From contig CBDATR010000024.1 of NCBI GenBank assembly GCA_965200155.1, positions 416,001 to 480,000 on the forward strand: a stretch of 64,000 bases of DNA, given 5' to 3'. The DNA comes from Nitrosopumilaceae archaeon. Its GTDB lineage: Archaea; Thermoproteota; Nitrososphaeria; Nitrososphaerales; Nitrosopumilaceae. Below the pieces are notes generated by a model. It ran no database searches. It saw nothing but the letters and a program-made list of their open reading frames with translations, and was not told the origin of the DNA. Below are positions 40,781-48,679 of this stretch, in pieces. A program made the position numbers and the translations under genes. The stretch's first letter is position 1; each line of letters starts with the position of its first letter.

Positions 40781-41016
40781 TATGGCCCCTCTATTGTCGC
40801 TTCATATGGCAATATTTTATCATAATTAGCCAAATATGCAATTTTATTAGCGACGCGCGCATATACGTATTGTATACAATTATCATCGTCATCTTTTGTT
40901 GATAAATTTTCAGCATATGATTTTATTTTATACCATTTATCAATATTCCTGATTTTTACAATATCTCCTATTTGAGGAAATTGGCCCTCTGGAATAATTA
41001 ATTTGAGTAATGTCAT
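40780..41016 (-). CDS. Small AT-rich hypothetical protein
   Basis: 78 aa; start/stop overlap with both neighbours. Confidence 0.5.
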   Translation of the reverse strand: MTLLKLIIPEGQFPQIGDIVKIRNIDKWYKIKSYAENLSTKDDDDNCIQYVYARVANKIAYLANYDKILPYEATIEGP

Positions 41017-41207
41017 TTCATGTCCCCCTCACTCGGCATCCATAATCGTAAATCCTTGGCAATATCCTGCAATTTCTTTTGTGCATCCGGGGATGATATA
41101 CCATAACTATTTGTCAGCGCCACGAGTATGGAATGGGTATCATATGTCGTGCAGCACAGACTAACTTGTTTCATTATACTACCTACTATTGACCTGTTAA
41201 AGACCAT
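41013..41207 (-). CDS. Small hypothetical protein
   Basis: 64 aa; ATGA overlap with the next gene, preceded by GAGGGGG RBS-like sequence. Confidence 0.45.
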   Translation of the reverse strand: MVFNRSIVGSIMKQVSLCCTTYDTHSILVALTNSYGISSPDAQKKLQDIAKDLRLWMPSEGDMK

Positions 41208-41408
41208 ATCGGTTTGTATATTCTAATTTGAAAAATTCTATATACAAACTTGGACGGCTTAACGTGAATATTACAGCTATGTGATTCAAATTGACCCTGT
41301 GGGCAAGGACTTATGCACAAAATAAACGAATTATTAACATGAACTTATGCACACAGATTTCTGAGTTAAAATTTTTCAGGGCACAAAATCCTATACGGAC
41401 CTCTATTA

Positions 41409-41757
41409 CACGCCCCCCTTCTTACTACTCTGCTAACTAATTTGTGCATTCTATTGTATATGATCATTCGTATAACACCCATTTTTTAGCTGCCGGCACA
41501 CCCCTGGGCTTCTTATGCTATTGATCATATGTCATATATCCACACACGCCCCTGATCTTATACTATTGACCATACCGCCCTACTCTTATGATGATATCCA
41601 TATGTCATACGCCCCTGGGCTTACTATTGATCATATATCCGCCACGACTCCTTATGACCTGCACGCCCCTGATCTTATACCACTGCTCCTTATGACGCCC
41701 CCGCCCCACTGTCACTGCTCCTTATGACTATCCAGAACGCCGCGACTCCTTATGCCG
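41409..41757. repeat. Mosaic of short degenerate direct repeats
   Basis: ACGCCCC(TG), CTCCTTATG, CTATTGA and CATAT recur in shuffled order; strongly C/T-skewed; no credible ORF. Confidence 0.65.
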
Positions 41758-41901
41758 GTTACCTAGTGAGTTAAATTTTCGAGGACAAGTGCCTTACTAT
41801 GATACGGAACGCTTCAAAAGACTGATCATTCCAACTCATGTTAACACTATTCTCTATGTACTGACTTCTTAACAGCGCCCCATATGCGCTAGACGAATAT
41901 T

Positions 41902-42601
41902 CTAGGGAATAGGCGCCTTGTAGTACTTGTCCAGGCCGGTTGGTTCTGGTTGCAATGATGATTCCATTTCGAACTGTTCTGGTAGTTGGTCTATGATCCT
42001 GTCTGACGCTATTCCCACATAGACCAACCGCTCTATTATGGCGCGTACCATGTCGCCATTCACGCCCTCTAGTGGATAATTCGTGATGCCACTCTCGGCA
42101 TTGGAACGATACTTGTATCTATCAACGAACCATCCTACAGGCGTTCTACCATTGACTGAGTAATGGATTGTTGGCATATTATCGTATACTAACACGTTAT
42201 CCAGTAGTAGTTTGGATTGATCAACTATTCCCTTTGGTCCGGGACCGTCATTAGGTTTCTTACCAAAGGCTATCTTCTTTGGAGCGTCAGGTATTGGAAC
42301 CAGCGACTCGCCCAGGTTGTAACGGGGGCCGGTCTCATAATTGAGATGCAAGTCAGCTAGCTGTCTACCTGCTTTCATGAATGAGTGGAAATCGGGTGCC
42401 ATGGGTATGCTTGGTAAACCACGAACGAGAAATACCTGGTACTTGGTACGATAGCCGGGGTGGTGTAGAATCCCATACGTATAGTAGAAGATGTCCTCTT
42501 TAGTAATTGAATTATCATTATAGACATCACAATAGTGTTTTAACGCCCAGTCTGTAATGTTATCATTCATTTCGTCACCATCATTGTTATTTTGTTTCTT
42601 T
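41902..42601 (-). pseudogene. C-terminal specificity domain of a Type ISP restriction-modification enzyme (LlaBIII/LlaGI-like), 5'-truncated
   Basis: 'DNITDWAL...ITKEDIFYYTYGILHHPGYRTKY...LPSIP...AGRQLADLHLNYE...YSVNGRTPVGWFVDRY...SGITN'; frame runs up to the IS66 end at 42602. Confidence 0.85.
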
Positions 42602-42847
42602 GTATGAGTTCACGTGTTTTGATCACATAATAAGATAGAATGCATCCCAGTTTTTTTAATTATAACTGCATTCTGGCAGCAACCTCGTTCATAACAGAAA
42701 GGCCTTGAGCCCTCCATGTCTGAACACATGATACAAATGTAGACATGCGGCGCATTGCCCTTTCGCCACCCTTTATCTGACCACTAATCTTGCGGAATAC
42801 CACTGCGTATCGCAAAGCCTGCTCCGCTGGATTGTTGGTGGGCTCCA
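42602..42847 (-). mobile_element. IS66-family right-end fragment (copy 3), truncated by a MITE
   Basis: 24-bp TIR at 42602; encodes the intact C-terminus 'PTNNPAEQALRYAVVFRKISGQIKGG...VMNEVAARMQL*'. Confidence 0.9.
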
Positions 42848-42939
42848 GTATGAGTTCACGTCTTCCGGAATCTTATGCACAAATCACATTAACTGTCGCG
42901 ATCAGTTATGCGTAAATTTAGACACAGGTGAACTCATAC
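42848..42939. mobile_element. MITE (92 bp) at a rearrangement junction
   Basis: Full TIRs; flanks GGGCTCCA / GATGGGTA do not form a TSD. Confidence 0.92.
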
Positions 42940-43173
42940 GATGGGTAAGTTGTTTAATAAAATAAATGTCGCCAACGAGGTTGTAGGTACTGACTCGGAG
43001 ATACTAGGTGAGGAGCTCATGCCAAAACAATTCAACGATAATTACACCAAGATAAGAAAGATGGCGTATGAGTTCACGTGTTTTGATCACATAATAAGAT
43101 AGAATACATCCCAGTTTTTTAATTATAACTGCATTCTGGCAGCAACCTCGTTCATTACAGAAAGGCCTTGAGC

Positions 43174-43272
43174 GTATGAGTTCACCTGTGTCTAAATTTA
43201 CGCACAACTGATCGCGACAGTTAAAGAACCGGTTCTTTTGTGCACAAGATTCCGGAAGACGTGAACTCATAC
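43174..43272. mobile_element. MITE (99-bp variant) in the 3' end of IS66 copy 2 transposase
   Basis: TIRs; TSD CCTTGAGC; absent in copies 1 and 3. Confidence 0.93.
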
Positions 43273-43379
43273 CCTTGAGCCCTCCATGTCTGAACGCATG
43301 ATACGAATGTAGACATGCGGCGCATTGCCCTTTCGCCACCCTTTATCTGGCCACCAATCTTGCGGAATACCACTGCGTA

Positions 43380-44834
43380 TCAGAACCGGTTCCACTGCTC
43401 CGCTGGATTGTTGGTGGGCTCTACACTGTCATATTCTAAGAATACGAACATGCCTGGTATGGCCTTATTCAATCCTTTTACCTTCTTTTGTAGTTCAGTA
43501 TCATCAACATCACAGTACTGATGCAGAATGGATTCTGCTCCTGTCTCAAATGAGTGTCGTAATTGCGCGGACGGCCCGCAGTGATTCAGGGATTCCCGTG
43601 CGCTCCGGAACAATCCTTTCAGGTCGTTGTCAAGTTTGATCCGGGCGTCCTGAGCACCGGGATCGATATAGAATCCTGCATGTAATGCCTGGGTATCGCG
43701 CAATAAATGCGCCCAACACAACTGGTGCTTCCCACCGTCATCAAACCGGCGGTACACAACGTACCTGTCCGTTACTATCGCTCCCTGGTAACCGTTCAGG
43801 TATTTGTTCACTACATTTGAACTCCTACTTTTGTCATATATGGACATCATCCACTCTTCGGCTCGCATCCCCCATACCCAGCCACGCCTACCCGCCAGTG
43901 ATATACCAGTTTCGTCCACATGAATGCTGGGTGATTTTATTATATTTTCATGAATTGTTTCCATAAATGATTCACATGCATCGGCGGCCCTGGCAATTAT
44001 GTTGTTTACTGCACCCACCGATATATTTAGGCCGAAGAGATCCTTCGAAATTACAGGTATGCGTTTTATTGGAATCTTTTCTGCGCGTAATGCAGTGATG
44101 GCACCGCATAATTGAACCCCAAAACTACCACTCTTTGGGACGCCAGCTGCTGGGGCCAGTTGTTTTTTGCCGCACATACATGCAGCCATTTCTATCATAT
44201 GGTGGGCCTCCTCTATTTTGGCTGGTATTAATTCCGTTATGTGTCGTTGTTTCCAACCAATTTTTGTCATCATATTGCCGCACTCACATATTGGTGTGTA
44301 CTCAAAGGTGTGATGCACTACTCTGCCGGGGTTGTGGGAACGGGAAACCCCCTTGTGTCCCTTTTGAGCGCCAGCCTTTTTGGCTGATTTCGTACTGGCT
44401 TCTTTCTGTTGCTTATTATCTCCCTGTTTTCGCTTCTGCTCCTCCTGTTTTCGCTTCTTGTACTGGAGGGATTGAAGGGATGGTGGCGAGTGAGCATTCT
44501 CATAATATTTAAGTCGCGTTGTGAGTACCACAATTTTCCCCTGTTTTTCTTTTAATTTCTCATTCAATTCATTTACATAATTCCTAATAATTTGGAAATC
44601 TTGTGTGAGATTTCGTATTTCTTTTATGATGCGGGACACATATGCTTCCAATACTCTCACACGTTCCTTGTAATGTGCAAGATCTTTCTTGGTAGACGCA
44701 AGCAAGCGACTCATTCGCAGTGTCGCCCCGCCCAAATACTTGTAATGTGCAAGATCTTTCTTGGTAGACGCAAGGGTATCCTGAAGAAGTTTATTTTCCA
44801 GTTCCAATTCCTTATAGGACCGGCGTCTTCTCAT
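43380..44834 (-). CDS. IS66 transposase, prematurely terminated just after the 'TNNPAE' motif
   Basis: Coiled coil, Zn-finger, 'HVDETG', 'VTDRYVVY', 'QLCWAHLLR', 'PTNNPAEQ' then WNRF-stop instead of ALRYAVVFRK. Confidence 0.88.
   Translation of the reverse strand: MRRRRSYKELELENKLLQDTLASTKKDLAHYKYLGGATLRMSRLLASTKKDLAHYKERVRVLEAYVSRIIKEIRNLTQDFQIIRNYVNELNEKLKEKQGKIVVLTTRLKYYENAHSPPSLQSLQYKKRKQEEQKRKQGDNKQQKEASTKSAKKAGAQKGHKGVSRSHNPGRVVHHTFEYTPICECGNMMTKIGWKQRHITELIPAKIEEAHHMIEMAACMCGKKQLAPAAGVPKSGSFGVQLCGAITALRAEKIPIKRIPVISKDLFGLNISVGAVNNIIARAADACESFMETIHENIIKSPSIHVDETGISLAGRRGWVWGMRAEEWMMSIYDKSRSSNVVNKYLNGYQGAIVTDRYVVYRRFDDGGKHQLCWAHLLRDTQALHAGFYIDPGAQDARIKLDNDLKGLFRSARESLNHCGPSAQLRHSFETGAESILHQYCDVDDTELQKKVKGLNKAIPGMFVFLEYDSVEPTNNPAEQWNRF
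44667..44774 (-). repeat. Identical 36-bp repeats flanking a unique 36-bp insert
   Basis: Repeats 44667-44702 and 44739-44774 (aa LASTKKDLAHYK twice); insert 44703-44738 (aa YLGGATLRMSRL). Confidence 0.9.
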
Positions 44835-45332
44835 TAGATTCTTATTGCAAATTTGGTATTTAAGTAAAATATTGTCATACCAATCTATATCTTAGTGAAT
44901 GATCAAAACACGTGAACTCATACAAGATGGCCACAAAAGATGGTGCCAAAACCATAATTGAATCACTAGAGCGGGAGTCGGATATGATGCCAAATACATC
45001 ACCACTAAATGAGCTTAGAAAGTTCGTCAAGAAGCGTGGTATAGATAGTATGAGCGAATTCCCAATGGGGCGCAGAGCAGGCAAGCGCGGCAAGCGGGAG
45101 ATTATACTATCCTATAAAGAAAAAGGGGGCATGTATATTTTGTGACCTATGACAGGAACAAGAAGAAGGCGAAAGTACCGGATGATGAATCTGAACTTGT
45201 CCGGCGATTACAATGTGTCCCTGACACAGAGTCTTATTTGTCGGAAGACGGACCGAAACACAGGGAATCATTCATGACTTTATTGGAGGTAGACAAGGCC
45301 GCTCGTAAGAAAATTATGGAACGAAATGAATT

Positions 45333-45424
45333 GTATGAGTTCACGTCTTCCGGAATCTTGTGCACAAATCACACTAACTGTCGCGATCAGTTATGCGTAA
45401 ATTTAGACACAGGTGAACTCATAC
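45333..45424. mobile_element. MITE (92 bp)
   Basis: TIRs; TSD AATGAATT. Confidence 0.93.
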
Positions 45425-45917
45425 AATGAATTTACTGCAAAAATGAAGCGTGAGTTGAAGACAAAACGCCGTAGTAATATTATTGATAAAATCGAGGGTG
45501 CAGTATCAGAGGGAGTTGGTGAGGGAGAGATTTCACATGAAACCGGCGAACAAATATTCGAGTTACTTGGTACGACAGGGATAAAAGCGTGGGAGGATGT
45601 AGTGAAACAAAGATGGGAGGAGTATCAACAGGACAGGGATATCAAAAAAATGACAACATCTCTGATGGAGTTAAAAGAAGATATTAACACCGAAAAAGAG
45701 GAACCGGTCAATAATAGAACCATTCCAGGGGAACTAAAGCTTGTCGGCGCAGTGTTCATTAATGATGTTGCGGATATCCGTACACAGTTGGGAGCATGAA
45801 TATGTTATTTGTTGTGCATACGCGCCCTGTAATGGCAGTCCACTGTTGGACTCGATGAACTAACCTTCCTTGTTGGAGTGTGTAGTGATGGAATGGTTGG
45901 GCAGTTGTGTTCCTAGT

Positions 45918-45942
45918 TGGACTTTTTATAAAAAAAAGTCCT
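45918..45942. repeat. 25-bp hairpin TGGACTTTTTATAAAAAAAAGTCCT flanked by CTAGT/CTGGT
   Basis: Same end and flank pattern as 457, 1278 and 27365; no empty-site comparison is available in the window. Confidence 0.55.
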
Positions 45943-46032
45943 CTGGTAAAACAACCTCTTGTGGGACATTCTTCTATATCTCCCGTGACTGTATGGTATA
46001 CGAGTCAGCGCCACACCACCCCCTACATTTTT

Positions 46033-46211
46033 GTATGAGTTCACCTACGTGTAAATTTACGCACAGCGGATCGCAGAGATTCAAGCACGAATTGAAGGTA
46101 TGAGTTCACCTGTGTCTAAATTTACGTATAACTGATCGCGACAGTTAATGTGATTTGTGCATAAGATTCCGGAAGACGTGAACTCATACAATTGAAGACG
46201 TGAACTCGTAC
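46033..46211. mobile_element. Divergent ~79-bp MITE with a younger MITE nested inside
   Basis: Outer ends GTATGAGTTCAC / GTGAACTCGTAC; divergent interior; no outer TSD. Confidence 0.8.
46098..46189. mobile_element. MITE (92 bp), nested
   Basis: TIRs; TSD AATTGAAG. Confidence 0.93.
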
Positions 46212-46224
46212 CATTCCACATGGA

Positions 46225-46983
46225 CTACCCGGTCAAAATACGTTCCATTTCGTGAAATGATGACACACTGTTAACACCGGTAATGGGACAGGATGCAGTA
46301 TACAGGGAAGTACCGCTAAAAGTGGCCAGCCATTCCAAGAGTTTTGCCGCTATACCAAGTTTTTTTAGCTTTATTTCCGGATTATTAGTAGACCGCAACG
46401 AGACAGGTCCGCCCAAATCCATCCCCAGCATTATGGCGGCGCGTGCACCAAAATGGTGTGCCAAAAAGACTGCACGATCACCATCAGTGAATCCGCCAAT
46501 ATTGTATACTTTGCCCACAGGCTCATTTTGGGTGGTACCCATGCAGGAGGGAAATCTTTCTACCATGGGCAAAGCGGGAACATTATCGCCATGTGCATGC
46601 ACTACGTAAATGGCACTATTCCGGAAATGATTCAGACACTCCATGTCCCCATCCAAGTCAGTGATCACAATATGGGGGGCAACACCATTTTCCAGTAACG
46701 GTAGAGTGGCAGAGTCAGCTGCAATACATGTTACATCAGGATGGTTACGTAAAACGGGAATCCAGGAATCCAGGGAAGGCCCTGCACCCACGCAGAATAC
46801 AATTCTGTCACAGACAAGACCGGACAGGGAATCCAGGGGCGGATCAACCTCTAGCATGTCATTTAGTATAATGGCAGCTGCTTGATCCTTTCTAGTATCA
46901 TAACCAAACTCACTGGCAATATCACGATACCGCGTCATCCAGCCGGGAACTGTCATTGTATCACAAGCAATATGTGATGTCAT
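46225..46983 (-). CDS. mptE: 6-hydroxymethyl-7,8-dihydropterin pyrophosphokinase (archaeal MptE)
   Basis: 'VGAGPSL', 'IAADSA', 'ITDLDGD', 'VHAHGDN', 'GGFTDGDRAVFLA'; divergent from folP. Confidence 0.88.
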   Translation of the reverse strand: MTSHIACDTMTVPGWMTRYRDIASEFGYDTRKDQAAAIILNDMLEVDPPLDSLSGLVCDRIVFCVGAGPSLDSWIPVLRNHPDVTCIAADSATLPLLENGVAPHIVITDLDGDMECLNHFRNSAIYVVHAHGDNVPALPMVERFPSCMGTTQNEPVGKVYNIGGFTDGDRAVFLAHHFGARAAIMLGMDLGGPVSLRSTNNPEIKLKKLGIAAKLLEWLATFSGTSLYTASCPITGVNSVSSFHEMERILTG

Positions 46984-46998
46984 GTATCATAAAATGTC

Positions 46999-47865
46999 AT
47001 GCATACACTGGCTGGCATACCAGTAGGGGAGTGCCATCCGCCGCGCATAATGGGAATCATTAACGCCAGTCCGGAATCATTTCTCAAATCATCAGTCCAG
47101 GAGTCATATGATGACATATGCAATACGGCCGCATCCATGGAGGAGCAGGGAGCAGACTACATAGATGTGGGCGGCATGTCCACCGCCCCATACCTGAAAA
47201 CTGCAATACCCGAAGAAGACGAGATACGCCGCATAGAGAGAGCCATAGACGCGATCATGTCATCATGCAATTTGCCCATATCGATTGATACATGCAGGGC
47301 GGCAGTCGCGAACGAGGCCCTGGCTCGGGGCGCCACCATACTAAATGATGTGACAGGCCTGCGGCATGACCCCGGAATGGCCGACATCATATCACGATAC
47401 AAGCCTGACTTGGTACTGTGCGCCCATGACAGGAATATACGCAGCGGGACACCCCAGGACACACGGGACATACTCTCAGACATAGTTGGCGAGGCTCAAA
47501 AGTACGGAGCCATTACAGACAGAATGGTCGTGGATCCCTCCATTGGTTTCTTTAGGCAGGGCGGTACCGGTAACACGCACACCCGTATACGGGGGAATCA
47601 AGTGAGCCGGGACATTTCCATACTTGCAAACATTACAATACTCTCCGGCATGTGGCCAGTCCTGATATCAGTATCCAACAAGTCATGCATAGGGGATACA
47701 CTACAGGGCAGGGAGCCAGCTCATCGTTTGTATGGATCCTTGGCCGCCGAGGCCATAGCCGTATTGGGGGGAGCCAGCATAATTCGTACCCACAACGTGA
47801 ATCAAAGCCGGGATGCCGCAATCATGGCAGAAGCCTGCCGCTCCGGGAAAGTGACTAATATATAA
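46999..47865 (+). CDS. folP: Dihydropteroate synthase
   Basis: 'IMGIINASPESF', 'IDVGGMSTAP', 'ISIDT', 'LNDVTG', 'SNKS', 'IIRTHNV'. Confidence 0.92.
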   Translation: MHTLAGIPVGECHPPRIMGIINASPESFLKSSVQESYDDICNTAASMEEQGADYIDVGGMSTAPYLKTAIPEEDEIRRIERAIDAIMSSCNLPISIDTCRAAVANEALARGATILNDVTGLRHDPGMADIISRYKPDLVLCAHDRNIRSGTPQDTRDILSDIVGEAQKYGAITDRMVVDPSIGFFRQGGTGNTHTRIRGNQVSRDISILANITILSGMWPVLISVSNKSCIGDTLQGREPAHRLYGSLAAEAIAVLGGASIIRTHNVNQSRDAAIMAEACRSGKVTNI

Positions 47866-47887
47866 TTCCCGATTCACAATTAAAAAA

Positions 47888-48679
47888 ATGCAAGAAAGGG
47901 AGTACCTTGACTGGAACGACTCCCTCAAGACGCTAAATACCGCATACAGGACTAGCCTGTTTACCCTGATAATAGGACCAAAGGGTACAGGCAAGACCAC
48001 ACTTGTGCGCCAGTTTGCCCGCAGCGTGGGGGCGCCACTGGATTCCATAAACTTTAGCCTGCGCACAAGGGAGAGTCACCTTGTGGGCACAAAGACGCTG
48101 AATGAGGGGACGGTGGGCTTTACAGAGGGGGTACTGATACGATCCATGAGAGAGGGCGGTATACTGTACCTAGACGAGATAAACGCCGCCGAGGCTGACG
48201 TACTATTGCGTCTGGATGAAGCCCTAGATGATCGGCGCCAAATAGTACTAAAGGAGTCCCAGGGCGAGGTAGTCCAAGCCAAGAGCGGCTGGTTTGTAGT
48301 GGGCACCATAAACCCCCTAACACATTCTGGTACAAAGGAGCTGCCGCCGCAAATACTTAGTAGATTCCCCGTAAGGATACGGCTGGAGTATCCACCGGAA
48401 GACACAGAGTGCGACATTGTGGGAAGGTATGTCTCTGATAATAACCGGGACAGGATTGTTCAAGGAGTCCGGCTGGCCAACATTCTGCGACAGGCCGCCG
48501 CCGTAGAGGAGCTCTTTTACTCACCCAGCATACGGGAGACCATAGCATATGGTATGTTAATGGACAGGGGAGTCGAGGCTATAGAGGCGGCAACCATTGT
48601 CTTTGGGAATGTATATGCGCAGTGGGGTCACATGGAGTATCAAAAGGTAAAAGACATCATAACATCCATGTTTCAATGA
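47888..48679 (+). CDS. MoxR/CbbQ-NirQ family AAA+ ATPase
   Basis: 'GPKGTGKT', 'LYLDEINAA', 'TINP', 'LSRFP'. Confidence 0.9.
   Translation: MQEREYLDWNDSLKTLNTAYRTSLFTLIIGPKGTGKTTLVRQFARSVGAPLDSINFSLRTRESHLVGTKTLNEGTVGFTEGVLIRSMREGGILYLDEINAAEADVLLRLDEALDDRRQIVLKESQGEVVQAKSGWFVVGTINPLTHSGTKELPPQILSRFPVRIRLEYPPEDTECDIVGRYVSDNNRDRIVQGVRLANILRQAAAVEELFYSPSIRETIAYGMLMDRGVEAIEAATIVFGNVYAQWGHMEYQKVKDIITSMFQ

Larger units (their letters stand above)
43066..44923 (-). mobile_element. IS66-family element, copy 2
   Basis: Perfect 24-bp TIRs; perfect 8-bp TSD AAGATGGC (43058-43065, 44924-44931). Confidence 0.95.
42940..45799 (+). pseudogene. C-terminal relic of a large protein, probably a SNF2/PLD-type defence helicase, split by IS66 and a MITE
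   Basis: Frame 'MGKLFNKINVANEVVGTDSEILGEELMPKQFNDNYTKIRKMA' (42941-43065) resumes after the IS as 'TKDGAKTII...'; frameshift at about 45142; continues across MITE 45333-45424 to stop 45799. The family call is from remembered resemblance only. Confidence 0.5.
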
